This document shows, piece after piece, positions 14,073-27,720 of a stretch of 64,000 nt of DNA (the first letter of the stretch is position 1; each line of letters opens with the position of its first letter). Under the pieces are notes generated by a model, which ran no database searches, was not told where the DNA came from, and saw only the letters and a program-made list of their open reading frames with translations. Position numbers and translations under genes: made by a program. Origin of the DNA: Octopus sinensis (taxonomy: Eukaryota); NCBI RefSeq assembly GCF_006345805.1, contig NC_043012.1, forward strand, positions 22,258,001 to 22,322,000. Reading direction: 5' to 3'.

Positions 14073-16286
14073 TATGCATATAAAAACACTGCTCACACTG
14101 AATGACGTCACCGGCGTTTCGGTTTGAGGTTTGCTTCTTCATTGAATAATCACCACTGGTTATTCTGAGATGATTTGGAATTTTCATTTCAGTATAGGAC
14201 TCGAGAAATAAAGCATTCGCTGATATGTGCAAAAGCTGGACAAGTTTAAGTTATATCAAACTACGCGCTTGAAACAGCGTTAGATTAAAATAACGATGTG
14301 TATATCATTTATAAATCTACGTACAAATATAGAATAGCACTTGATGTAATATTTTCTCCCAGAGAAACTTTTCTTAAGAGATTTGAGTGCTGAAAATACA
14401 ACTTGCTAAGAATTATGTCAGCGGATCGTCAGACACCGACGTTTTGGCTTGATTTAGCTTCTTCAGTCACTGAATCTTAGATGTATAGCACTTTGCCGCC
14501 AGCCCACAATGCATATGCAACACGGAACAACTGTAAAACATTAGACCACGCAAGAGAAAACTGAAAAACATTTGTAGACAACACCTCTATACTCTACTAA
14601 ATTCTCCACAAAATAAACAATTATTGATGGGATCTATACGTCCAATAGAGAAAAATATTACAGTTGGCTGAAGGATGTTATACACCAGTCACAAACGACA
14701 ATAAATATTAAATACTACAACCAAACATGTCTGCACCAATCACATTGGCTCGGCCAACTATAATAAAGCAACAGAATACACCAAAATTTTCCATCCTGGT
14801 GATAAGATCGAGACCTTTACTATTTCAAATATAAACTAGAGGGAACTCGTGCGAAAATAAGAGGAAACAAGGTTTTGATAAAACAGAGCATAAAACAAGA
14901 TATGGTAAAACCTATTTCTGTTTTTATACAACACACACACGCAAACATTTCTTTTCTCTTCTATGTGTGTGTGCATGTGTTCGTGTACGTGTGTTTGTGT
15001 GTGCATGCGTAATGCAAATATATAGATATAAACACACACGTATGGATGGTCGAGCGCATGCTTTTGAGGGTGGATTGCTATATGAAAAGTCGTATGCATA
15101 TGTGTGTATATACACATATATACGTACATACACACATGTATATATATGTATATATGTGTGTGCATGTGCGTATATGTATATATAAACGCACACTCACACA
15201 CAACCACTTATATACATATATATATATATATATATATGCATGCATATACACATTTACATATATGTATGTGTGTTTTTGATTATGTATGTACATACACATA
15301 TATTTACATATCCACACACGCACACACACACACACATGTATATATATATATATATTTCTATATAAGATCCGTGTTGAGTATGCTTATAGTCTCTCGAGGT
15401 TTATGACGTGTGCTGTACAGACGTTTCACCTTTTACCTTTTGAAGAAAGAGTCAGACAATTAGTAAATTAGCAAAATCTTAAGTTAATTTAGCCTGCAGT
15501 CTTGATGTTGCTTGTCCTTAACCTAATGGATTGCAAAGGAAGCAGTTAACCTAAGGTCTGCTGTCGGAATGTCCGCCTAATGGCGTTATTAAAACATTAA
15601 AAACTTTAATAGTCGTCTTTTGATGTTGAATTATTGTAATCATACAATTCATCTTTGCAGGTCATAATGTATACAAGAGCGCTTAGTAATTGGCACGAAA
15701 AGAAAGGGGAGGCAATTTTAGCCAGACTCAATAATTAACTATACGCCCGGCTTATCTCGGCTATCTCTATCGATATTTTATATAGATTTACATTTTTCGC
15801 TAGAGTCCAAGTTTAACCATAGACGGCGCTATGGAGTTATATAGTTAACATTTCTCTCTAATGACGTTTTAAAACTTAATAATATTCCATGACCATGTTG
15901 TTTCTGAATTTTATACATAGTTATTTCCGTGCTTCAAAAAGTTAATTTCATTTCCCTCGTTCGCAAAATTCTAATTTGAGGCATCAACCAAAATAATAAA
16001 GTTATGAACGTTTTTGTTTTTTTTTAATGTTTTTTTTTTAATTTTTTCTTTATCGTGTACGTGCGCGTGCGTGTGGGGGTGGGTGGGGGGAAGGTCATTA
16101 TGCATCGTCATAATTCGATTCGAGTACTTGGTGTCGGTTCAGATGACTTCACTCGTTGACTGGAAATAATAATAATAATAACAATAATAGTTTCAAATTT
16201 TGGCACAAGGCCAGCAATTTCAGAGGAAGGAGTGTTGTAAATTGATTACATCGATCCCTAGTGATCAACTGGTATTTATTTTACCA

Positions 16287-16522
16287 GGCGGCGAGCTGGC
16301 AGAAACGTTAGCACGCCGGGCGAAATGCTTAGCGGTATTTCGTCTGCCGTTACGTTGTGAGTTCAAATTCCGCCGAGGTCGACTTTGCCTTTCATCCTTT
16401 CGGGGTCGATAAATTAAGTACCAGTTACGCACTGGAGTCGATGTAATCGACTTAATACCTATGTCTGTCCTTGTTTGTCCCCTCTGTGTTTAGCCCCTCG
16501 TGGGTAATAAAGAAATAGGTAG
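16287..16522 (+). mobile_element. Young SINE family B nested in an older, opposite-strand family B copy
   Basis: 11-bp TSD ttattttacca (16276-16286 / 16523-16533). The flanks reconstitute a minus-strand family B copy. Confidence 0.88.
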
Positions 16523-17159
16523 TTATTTTACCAACCCCGAAAGAAGGCAAAGTCGATCTCAACGGCATTTGAACTCAGAACGTAGTCACGGACGAAATGC
16601 TGCAAAGCATTTTGTCCGGCGTGATACTGATTCTGCCAGCCCACCACCTCAGTAGTAGTAATAATAACAATAATAACAATAATAATAATAATAATAATAA
16701 TAATCATAGTCTTGACTTGTAGGTCACACGTACTGAGAAGAACATTGAGGCTGTGAAATTTATTTTCTTTCTTTTCTTCCCCTTTATTTGTTTACGTAAT
16801 TATTTTCTCTTTTTTCTGTCTCTCTTCCCCCTTTTTCTCTATCACATGACTTTGTAAATGAACAATCTGGTGTGTTTATCTTAATGGCCTACCAATGTAT
16901 ACAGGGAGTTTCTCTGCCCTAGGTGTCAGGAAGACGCTCGGCAAGAAACGAAAACAGAATTGAAAGCAGATGTTAATGATAATAATAATAATAATGTAGA
17001 AAAGCAAACTTTGTTCTTTGTCCAAACATGTTGCCTAAATCAGTGATTGCCAACGTTTCTGCATTTACCCTACATCCTTTATGCTTAAGGTACACGACAC
17101 CCTTTTTTTTATATGGAAAATATAAGCTCCCGAGGAAAATCCTCTATTTCTACCAACAT

Positions 17160-17191
<32 letters not shown>

Positions 17192-17646
17192 ACCTCTCTC
17201 CTTCGCTCACTCCCTCCCCCATCCTTCGCTCCATCCCTACTCTCTCCTTTTCCGCATTCCTTGCTCACGCACTCCTCCGCCATACCCCACATGCTCCTTT
17301 CCCCACCTCTCGTTCCCTCCTTCCTTCCTTCCCTCACTCACTCACTCCCTCTCTCACTCACCTTCCCTCATTCACTCGCTCAATTCTCATTCAACGCTCT
17401 CTCACTCAACACTCACTCATCGCTCACTCAGCATTCGTTCATAAAATACAGTTTTTTTCCCCTTCATTTAAGTCTAAAACAACCCTAACAACCCTTAAAT
17501 ACATCCAATTACAATCTACAACATCCTAGAGCGTGTCGTAATGGCACCCTTGTTGGAAACTTCTTTTCCAAACGGTTTTTTTCCTGAACCTGTCTTTCTA
17601 TCTTTCGGCTTAAATTCACACAAGTCATCGACATAGCGCTGCAATG

Positions 17647-18084
17647 GGATTTTTTCGGTTTGAACGGCAGTTTTTTCTAGCGGTGTCATATGAAATTGTC
17701 ACCCATAATTATGACGCTAGTATCGATCTATTGCATTTCAATCTGTTTTAGGGTTAGGGTTAGTTAGGGTTGGTTAGGGTTAGGGGTGGGGGAAGGGTAT
17801 CTTTTTTTCTTCGCAAATGTAAATAAACCCAGTCTGTTTCTTAAACGAGGGACATATTCACACGGCACATAATGTTTTTTTTACCTCAATGGACGTCATT
17901 GATTGGTTGAAATTGCAGAAATTGAAGAAAAAAAACAACAAATAACTTACAAACTATAGAATTTTCTCAATAAAGCCAAGAGAAAAAGATGTTTTATAAA
18001 CACATTCTACCAGTATACGAAGTTTAAAATTTTTTAGTTACCTAGAAATTATGTTAAAAACTGCCGTTCAAACCGAAAATATCC
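17647..18084. mobile_element. MITE with ~28-bp TIRs, 8-bp TSD and internal TTAGGG repeats (Merlin-like)
   Basis: TIRs ggattttttcggtttgaacggcagttttt / aaaaactgccgttcaaaccgaaaatatcc. Flanks ctgcaatg / tagcaatg. Confidence 0.8.
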
Positions 18085-19162
18085 TAGCAATGTACACATA
18101 TCGGGTAAATAACTCGAAATTCTTTCCTCTGTTAACCCATTCAGACCAGGGTACCACAGAAAATAGCCGTCGTCCTTATTTCTTAATCGTTTATTTTTTT
18201 TTTAATTTCCCACCACCCCCATATCGCTTCTCATTTTTTATTCAAAGTTTTGTATTCAGTAAATATCCGTATCTCCGCATTCGCAGACATCAGCTTTAAA
18301 GAAAAAAAAGATGAAAGAAAGAAAGAAAGAAGACAAAAACTCCAGAGTTAAGTCGATGAATTAATTCATGAAAAGAGAATTCACGTGAATTTCTGATGGC
18401 AGGCGATAATACGGATTAATTAAAATGTCGCTGATAATTACTGCTTATGTCCTTGATACTCTTGGAAGAGGCATGAATGTTACAACACCCTCAGAATATA
18501 GATATTCCTTGTCTATACGAAAGAAAGAAATTCTTTGTCTTTTATCTTTTACTTGTTTCAGTCATTGAACTGCGGCCTTGCTGGGGCAATGCTCTGAAGG
18601 CTTTCCACGAACAAATCGAAGCTAGTACTTATTTTTTAAGCCTAGTATCTATTCTGCTAGTCCCTATGTCAAACTGCTAAGTTACAAGGATGTAAACAAA
18701 CCAACGCTGATCGTCAAGCACACATCGTAATTACCCCTAACACCCCTAATTACTGTTTACGACACCCTAGAGTGAATCCGCGGCGCCCTTGTTGGAAACT
18801 TCTTTTCCAAATGGTTGTTTTTCTAAGCCTGTCTTTCCGTCGTCCGGCTTAAATTCGCGCAAGTCGTCAATATAACGCAGCGATCGACACAAGTTCAGCA
18901 GATAACTAGGAATCCTTTCCTATGCTAACCCCTTCAGACCAGGGCACCACATTCTGAGTGCAAATTCCGCTGAGTTCGACTTTGCTTTTCATGCTTTCGG
19001 AGTAGATAAAGTAAGTCCCAGTTGAACACTAGGGTTGATGTAATCAAATTACCTCTTCCCCGAAACGATTGGCCTTGTGCCAAAATTTGAAACCATTATT
19101 ATTATTAATCCCACCAAATTTGAGGCCTTGTGCTTCCAGTGGAAAGGATTATTATTATTATT

Positions 19163-19716
19163 GAGTGAGAGAGCAGTGCATGTCATCAAAGTGACACTGC
19201 GGTAAAATATACGAAGCCCAGTATACCCATCATGACTACCCGTCTGATAAGGGTACATTAGGCACATGCATCACAACCATATGTGCGCGACATGGTGATC
19301 TCATATCAAGATAAACAGCACATGACCTTGCAGGTGGGGCCCAGTTAGAATTTTCTTCTGGTCAAGTAACTCATCCTGCTTGAAAGGTCCTTGAATAAGG
19401 GTTGTTTAAGGATGATGAAAGAACCACCCATGTTTCCAGAGGTGAGTTATTCAAATCCCAAAGAATCCCTCTCAACACATGGCTATGATGCTCCCCCACT
19501 ACTTCTGCTCGTGATCAGAGATGCACATATCGTCAGCCACTAAGGGACATGCTCAACTGATTAAGGTAAAACAACTGACAAGCAAATCTGTGGTATTGAG
19601 CAGAATATTTGTTCTAGCCCATCTTTTATACCAAGACAAAACAATGTACATGATAACACTTCCAATCATTTAAGATCAGAAGCCACGAGAGCCACTGCCT
19701 GGTACTGCATCAGGGC

Positions 19717-19720
<4 letters not shown>
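19163..19720. mobile_element. ~555-bp repeat embedded in (AAT)n tracts
   Basis: Highly similar inverted copy at 50674-51222. Both copies are flanked by (ATT/AAT)n on each side. Confidence 0.8.
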
Positions 19721-19779
<59 letters not shown>

Positions 19780-22220
19780 CATCATCATCAAAGCGGCAGG
19801 CTGGTAGAGTCAGTGCATTCTGGGTAACTGAGCATTGTGGATAGTCGCCAGGGAGCGCGTTTGCGGACCAAGTAAAATTCCCGATTGATCGCCGTCCCGT
19901 GTTATAACAGATCAATCCGTGATAAATGTAAAATGGTTCACAATTGAGTGTACAGTGTTATCCTGGGTTCGAATCAGTGATAAATGAATCATTGACAAAC
20001 GAGGCTACATGTACCATTCCTGTTAACTCACTGCCCTCGCTTCCATTTCAATATCTCCAAGTCTCCACATACAACAGAGGTTGGAGGTGGGAGGTTCTTA
20101 CACGTGACGTTGACGAGACGCTTATCGAACTGTACTGGGAGATGTCTGAAGAATATTTTCTTTAAAGGTTCCAAAATAATTCTTACCCTTTCCACTTTTA
20201 GAACATAGCAAATTAATGGGGGTTTTTTTCCTTTTATTTTGTTTTTATTCTTTTTGTCATTCCCCCACCCCACGCTGTATTTCTTCATTTCGAACATCTT
20301 CCAGTTCTTAAAACTGAATATTTGATTATTTATTCTATTAAACAACATCCACGCACAAAAATAAACGAGAGAGAGAGAGAGGGAGAGTATGGAGAAGGAG
20401 AGTTGAGGCAAAGAGAGAGAGAGAGCGAGAGAGAGAGAGTTTGGGATGAGGAAGATAAAAGCGTACAAATGTGACAGTGAGAGAAGGAGGGAGACAAAGA
20501 AAGATGGTGGCGGTAGTTGGGTTTCAGAAGATATTAAAAATTGTGGTCACACATTCACTTGTCATCCTACCCGTCCCTTGATACTATCAAATCTGAAGAA
20601 ATATGTTCAAATTCTATAAATATTATTTTAAATGTCTGCTTAACACTGGAATCTTTCGTTAGTTCTTCATTTTTTTTTTCTGGTTTTGATATTTATTATA
20701 TATATTTTTTTTTAATGTAAAGAACTTCATTAATGACAAAACAGGTCATTGCTGGCCAAAACAATAACGTCTGCTGCCAATGAATCGATCGAACGGCGTT
20801 TCATATTCCGGTGTTGGTCGCTGTATATTTTCTTGCTGACTCATAGCATTTCACTGTAACTAGGTACCATGAGGAAGTACAGATTACAGTTTTAAGCAGT
20901 AGAACTATCGTCGTCATTATCATCATTATCATCATCATTTTCACGTTCACTTTTCTATGAATGCATAGGTCGGACGAAGTTTATTGAGGCAAATTTTCTA
21001 CAGTTTGATGTCTTTCTTGTTGCAAAGCATCACCTGCTTTCAGATAAGGTAATATTTCCCCATGGCTAGACATGTTTTCAGAGAATATTCGAAATGAACG
21101 ACACTGCTTGTATGACGGTGACATTCATTTAAAACTAGAATATGGTGTCAGGACAAGGAGATGCAAGAACATGCACACATCTACGCATATTTATACGCGT
21201 GTATAAATACTCAAATATGTGTGTATACGAGGGATTTCTTTTAGTTTCCATCTACGAAATCCACTCGCATATCTTTTGGTTGACCCGGAGCCATAAAGGA
21301 AGACGTTTGCCTAAGATGCCACCGCGACTGAACCTAAAACCATGTAACTGGGAAGGAAACTTGTCAACCACACAACCTGCGCTTGCAACCATTATATAAT
21401 TATTGCATAACGCTTCTTTAACTCACAATATTGAATTGGAAATGTCTGTCAGTCATGAGCACCTGCGGCCTGCAAGTTATTCAGAATGGCACACGTAACG
21501 AAAAGTTACCTTGAATTAAAAAAAAATTTTTTTTTTAGTGCGACCCACCTCATGATGATGCATGTTTCATGCAGCCCGCTTCACGAAAATAAATTGCCCA
21601 TGCCTGGTCTATGTGATTGATAAACATAATGGCTAAATCTCTCTCAAAAAACAATGGTACAATGAATAGTTTCGGAGTTGTACTTGTTTGGTAAGTGATT
21701 TGAGGTGCATTGGAAGTGCGTCAATGACCAGGTCGCAGTGGTGCGACGAAAATTTTGACACCACCAGAAATAAATGAAAAGTTGTTTTTGGATGGTTAAA
21801 AATGACTCTTCTGTCTGGGCATGGCTGTGTGATTAAGGAGCTCACTTTGCCAGCACGTGATTTCTTGTTCAATCTCACTGTGCGGCATCTGTAGCTCTGG
21901 AACGACCAATTCCTTGTGAATGAATCTGATAGACAGAAACTGTGTGGAAGTCGGTGCACATAGTTGTATGCATGTGTGTTTCTTTGTTTGTGTATGTTCC
22001 TCCGCCATCGCCTGGCAACCAGCGTTGGCTCGTATACATCCGCGAAGTAGTGGTTCGGCAAAAGACACCGATATAATATGTACCAGACTTTCAACAAAAA
22101 AAAAACAAGTACTGGTGGTAATCTGTTCGACTAAACCCACCAATTTGATATCCCGCAGCATGGCCGCAGTCAAATACATTTATTTATCCATCCATCCATC
22201 CCTCTATCCGTTTCTCTGTC

Positions 22221-22254
<34 letters not shown>

Positions 22255-22460
22255 ATGCATATATATATAGAGAGAGAGGGGGGAGGTATTCTCCGTAGAG
22301 AATATACTTCGTTATGCTCAAGAGGTTTAAACTTGAACAGGTAGAGGAGTAAATGTAAGGACAAGAAAGTTAGGAAAGTCGATATACAAAAAGTATTAAA
22401 TAATTTGAGAGAGAAGGAATAGGCAAATATTATATATATTCAAAATATATATATATATAT

Positions 22461-22668
22461 TCAAACTGTGACCGCGCGTGTACTGTTGGCGATTTTTTTT
22501 CCTCTGTCTTCCCTTCTCTGGATCTTTCCTTCTCCTATGTTTCCGACGAAGAGCTCCGCTCGAAACGTTAAACCCTCCTTCTTTCCTGAGCGTCCAATAA
22601 TACTATAATTGTTCCACGTCCTCGCGTGTTGTTTTTTTTTTTTTTGTGCTTTCTAGTTTGGATTAACT
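22461..22668 (+). mobile_element. Penelope-like terminal repeat / retrozyme-like unit
   Basis: About 210-bp repeat with a second copy at 48872-49087. It contains a hammerhead-like core and is followed by (TA)n. Confidence 0.6.
22539..22573 (+). ncRNA. Minimal type I hammerhead ribozyme motif (core variant CCGACGA)
   Basis: GTTT-CCGACGA-A-GAGC-tcc-GCTC-GAAA-CGT-T-AAAC: stem I GUUU/AAAC, GUU triplet, one core substitution. Confidence 0.5.
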
Positions 22669-24319
22669 ATATATACATATATATATATATATAATCTTCG
22701 TTATAGGATCATAAATCAGGAGTCAAGCATACCCTATAAATATAGACCTGTTTATTTTTGTATGTGAAAAAAAAACCTTGGTTTCATATCTCGTGTGAAC
22801 TAGACACATCTTCAGTTTCTCTAAACGATAACCGTTCTCTGCAAAGAAATTATTTGCAGAGAACGGTACGTAGTCTAATTTTGTCTTTTGACGAACTGCT
22901 AAGCTGTAGGGACGCAAACAAACCAATACCGGTTGTTACGCGGTGTTGCAGGCGAGTGGGGCAAACAAGCACAATGACAAAGACACACACACGAATTGGT
23001 AGAGTCGTTTAGACTATCAAAATGCCTTGTGATGTTTGTTCTAGGTTTCTACGCTCGGGAGCTCAGCTCTGCCTTGCATCGTCTGTCAGCCAGTCTCTCT
23101 CACTCTCTTTCTCTCACTCTGCGATGTTACCATGAAAATGGAGAAGGGGTGTCAAGTGAGAAGACTAGGAAACTTTCCTCGTGGGAAAAACTAATACGGA
23201 TACTGGGATCCTCCAAAAATGGGCTGACGTCCAATACAGCACGAAACGGAAATGAAGCGCGTGCATGCACGCACACACACACACACACACACACATGTAC
23301 GCACGCAGACACGTACGCATGTGTGTATGTGAATATATGTATAATCGCACGTGTTTCAGTATATCATTTTTTTCTGTCTTTTTGTTGAATAACAATAAAA
23401 GACGATTTCACATTAAACTGACGGATTACTTAATACTTTCTCTGTAGAATGCAAATTCATTATTCATTTGCAAGAATAGTATTGATAGTGACTTCGAAGC
23501 TTCGCCTTGCTTAGACTCTGTGTTACAGTGTATATATGTATCAGGGAGGTGCAGCCTAAATAGGCAAGGTAGGCAATGCCTACTTTGAATAAAATAGATC
23601 GATAGCAGCATTTTCCTCTCATGGCAAAATATGTACCTAATTCAATAAAATTATGAAGGTTACTCTGATTACTATTCATAAAATGCAAAATATTCCCTTT
23701 TTTGGTAGATTAGGTTGGCATACTTCGCCCCTACTTTCCAATCTGAGTATTCAAGCAACGCGTAATATTGCTGTGTACACTCCTACAACACCGTTTTCTT
23801 TACGTGTTATAAAAGCAGAAGTAAATCTGCCATCAACTCAGTCGCACGTCTGTGTTTCGCTTATTATTTTTTTGTGTGTGTTTTACTAAATAAAGGTCAC
23901 CAACTGACTACCCTGAGTAATTACTAACGGCACCTGCCTGATATGTATACATGTATGTACATATTATATACACATACATATGTGTGCGTGGTCACATGTT
24001 TATATTTTATTTGGGTTAACCTGACATCCTTGTTATTCTAAACGAACATATCCCAAACCTCGCTCTCTATTACTTCAGCTTTTTTTTTTTTTTTAATTTT
24101 CTCTTTCTTTTCCTCCTCTTCTTTCTTTCATTCTTTGTTTCTCTTCTTTATTACTATATTGTACTAACTCTACAGTTCGAAATCCCAAGTTGAATATTAC
24201 AAGAATAGAGCAAGTGGCAGGTTTCCAAGAACTTATTTCATTATTTGCGAAGATATTTCAGCACGCAAAATATTTTTACCGTTATTTTCACGTTCGTTGG
24301 TTTTAGCATTTCATATCGG

Positions 24320-24466
24320 TCAAACAGTTTCCTCTTCTTCTTCTTCTTCTTCTTCTTCTTCTTCTTCTTCTTCTTCTTCTCTTTCTCCTCCTCTTCTTCT
24401 TCTTCTTCTTCTTTTTCTTCTTCTTCTTCTTCTTCTTCTTCTTCTTTTTTCTTCTTCTTCTTCTCT

Positions 24467-24521
<55 letters not shown>

Positions 24522-24960
24522 AGAGGATACAGTACACTTGTTTGTTTAGTCTTTAATAAGTGTTTCTTCCAACCAGACACGTCTGTCAGAGTAGAAGACA
24601 GTGAGAAAATGCAACATAGATAATATGTGCCACCGACCATTTTCTCTTCCACACGTTATTGCAATATATTCTACTTGGTTTCGATAGGAAAGACACATTT
24701 GTTCAGTTGTATTATTATTGTTGTTTTTATTTTTATTAAAGAAATCACTGTTAATAAAAGGAAATCTGTATCATCCTCAACATCATCGTTATTATTACTA
24801 TTATTATTATTATTATTATTATTATTATCATTATTATTATTATTGTTATTATTATTATTATTATTATTATCATTATTATTATTATTGTTATTATTATTAT
24901 TATTATTATTGTTATTATTATTATTATTGTTATTATTGTTATTATTATTATTATTGCTAT
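24320..24960. repeat. (CTT)n-(CT)n and (ATT)n microsatellites
   Basis: Directly visible at 24320-24520 and 24790-24960. Confidence 0.95.
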
Positions 24961-24967
24961 GTCTTAG

Positions 24968-25040
24968 AGTTACCAGCGGCAGACATGTTTTTATGAGCTC
25001 GTGAGTTTTTGAAAAATTATCTGATTACTTTCTAAATTGG

Positions 25041-25106
<66 letters not shown>

Positions 25107-25323
25107 CCTTTACACAGAGAGTTGAGAGTCTTGTTTTATTTACTTATTATATTTTTGCTTGTTTTTTTTTCTTGTGCTTTCCTCGTTGGGACAGGAAAGA
25201 CTATATTTTGAAACAAACTTTCTGTTTGTAAACATGGCTTCCACTGAGGCTGCAGCAAGTAGGGAAGAGCAGGCTTACACACAAATACTGTCAACATATA
25301 CAGCACCACGAAATCAGATTTAA
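24968..25323 (+). CDS. Candidate in-phase exon pair (24968-25000, 25195-25323)
   Basis: AG|33 nt|GTGAGT, a 194-nt intron with a long pyrimidine tract, then an open frame to TAA: SYQRQTCFYEL|ERLYFETNFLFVNMASTEAAASREEQAYTQILSTYTAPRNQI*. Confidence 0.25.
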
Positions 25324-26570
25324 GAGGGGGAAAAATCGGCGAGTAAACATCAGGCAAGGCTCATTGGTGCGCGGATGGCCGTGAGGTTAAGAAGCTCACT
25401 TTGCAACTACGTAGCTTGCAGTTCAGTCCCGCTGTGCGGTACCATTGACGAGTGTCTTCGACTACAGCCCCGGACCGATCAAAGCCTTGTGAGTGATTTT
25501 GGTAGAGGGGAAAGTGTGCGGAATTCCGTCGTATATATAAGTATGTGCACGTTTGCGTGTGTGTCTTTATATGTGCTTATGTGTTTGCATGTTCCAATGC
25601 TAGTTCCTTCACGTCACCAAAACCAGCGGTTCGGTAAAAGGAACTGATAGAATACAACCGGACTTAAAGGAAGAAAATAGCCGAACAAGCTGACACAGTA
25701 ACTTTGGTAAATCCATTTTTTTTTTAAATGATAAAAGTAACGTTAGTTGTATTAATGATAAGGGTAACAGCAGATTGGTTGACGTTATAAACCACAAGAA
25801 ATCATGGAACAAAGACCGTCTCTAGGAGTGGGGGGAAAACATGGAAGAGTGCTATCGGAAGACAGTTCATTTTTACCAGAGAAAGGACAAAGAAGAAAGT
25901 GACCTCTGCTTTTCAGGAAAAGAGAGGAAGTCCCAAGAAGTTGGAAGAAATCCTAATCAATCTGAGGCAGTATGTGCTCCATCGACTCTAAATACGATGG
26001 GCGTATGTGCGTGATTTTTAAGACTAAGGACAAACGGTTACCAAAACTAAGCCTCTGGAATTTGGGATGTTGTCAAACACACCCATCCATTTTTTAACCA
26101 TCGGGCAACGCGGTTACACATTTTAAGGGGGTAGGATGTGATTTGAGGGGGATTTAGGTGGTTTCTAGCTAGTCGAGTGACACCTCACGGAGAGATCTTC
26201 TTCATTTGCTCTTTTGCTTCCTCTCCTTCTCTCCCTCCCATCCCCCTCTCCCTTTCTTGAATCGCATTATCTAACGTGACTTAACTATTAAAAAAAATCA
26301 AGATGTGATTTGAGGAGCCGGGGGTAGCTGTTGTTTCTAGCTGATTGAATGATCCTCTAGAAATGAACCCTCGCTTTTTTTTTTGTTTTTGGTAAGGGAA
26401 AAATATTTCTTTAAATTTAATTCGGTGGAATAAATTATTGACAAGGAAAGCATATTGGTAATGACGCAATGGCTCCGAAAATGTGTGCAGAAGAAAACAT
26501 ATTTGATAGGAATTGCATTAGATTCCAGATTCAAGAAAATGTGTCAATGTCCATCACTCCTCTCTCTCTC

Positions 26571-26601
<31 letters not shown>

Positions 26602-26606
26602 TATAT

Positions 26607-27019
26607 ACTCTTTTACTCTTTTACTTGTTTCAGTCATTTGACTGCGGCCATGCTGGAGCACCGCCTTTAATCGAGCAACTCGACCCCGGGACTTATTCTT
26701 TTTTGTAAGCCCAGTACTTATTCTATTGGTCTCTCTTGCCGAACCGCTAAGTAACAAGAACATAAACACACCAGCATCGGTTGTCAAGCAATGCTAGGGG
26801 GACAAACACAGACACACAAACAAACACACATACATATATATATATATACATATACGACAGGCTTCTTTCACTTTCCGTCTACCAAATCCACTCACAAGGC
26901 ATTGGTCGGCCCGGGGCTATAGCAGAAGACACTTGCCCAAGATTCCACGCAGTGGGACTGAACCCGGAACCATGTGGTTGGTTAGCAAGCTACTTATCAC
27001 ACAGCCACTCCTGCGCCTA
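26607..27019 (-). mobile_element. Full-length SINE family A copy
   Basis: Complete head to tail, in reverse orientation. Confidence 0.9.
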
Positions 27020-27361
27020 TATATATATGAACTGACCTTCTCTGTAGCTTTTGTTATAGCCTTCAATGAAGCGGTATTAGGTGTTAATGTGTGCAGTGTA
27101 AGAGAGAAAATAAGAATCAGCATTATCGATTGAACGACTGATAGGAATTGGAAACGGTAAAACGGTTATGATAATTCTAACAGATTCTATCAAATATCCA
27201 TGTCACTTTCACTCAATTTTAACTGAATCGTCTAAAAATGGAGCAAAAAGGAAAAGAGAGAAAGCTTCCAAAAGACCGTTTATCTTGGTCTATATGCTGT
27301 AGTAATTATGTGTGTGTGTGTGTGTGTGTGTAGATAGATAAATAGATATACATGCATATAG

Positions 27362-27425
<64 letters not shown>

Positions 27426-27720
27426 CCTTTTATTATTTATTTTACTTGTTTCAGTCATTAGACTGCGGCCATGCTGGGGCACCACATTGAAAAATTTTAG
27501 TCGAACGAATCAATCCCAGTATTTATATTTTTACTTTCTTTAAGCTTGATACCTATCCCATCGTTCTCTTTTGCCGAACCGCTAAGTTACTGAGACGTAA
27601 ACACACCGACAACGGTTGTCAAGCGGTGGTAGAGGATAAACACGCGCAAACACACGCACACACACACACACACGCACGCACGCACACACACACACACACA
27701 CATACGCATGCCTGAGCCCC

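Noticed and set aside
17745-17790. True telomere or fusion site
   Set aside because: Only a few TTAGGG units, always inside the same MITE.
23440-23475. Paired octamer-like sites (ATGCAAAT...ATTTGCAA) as an enhancer
   Set aside because: Short AT-rich motifs are expected by chance at this composition, and there are no conservation data.
25816-26100. 55-codon purine-rich open frame (EWGENMEEC...YVLHRL*)
   Set aside because: No recognisable motif or splice context. It is probably a decayed repeat, but I could not classify it.
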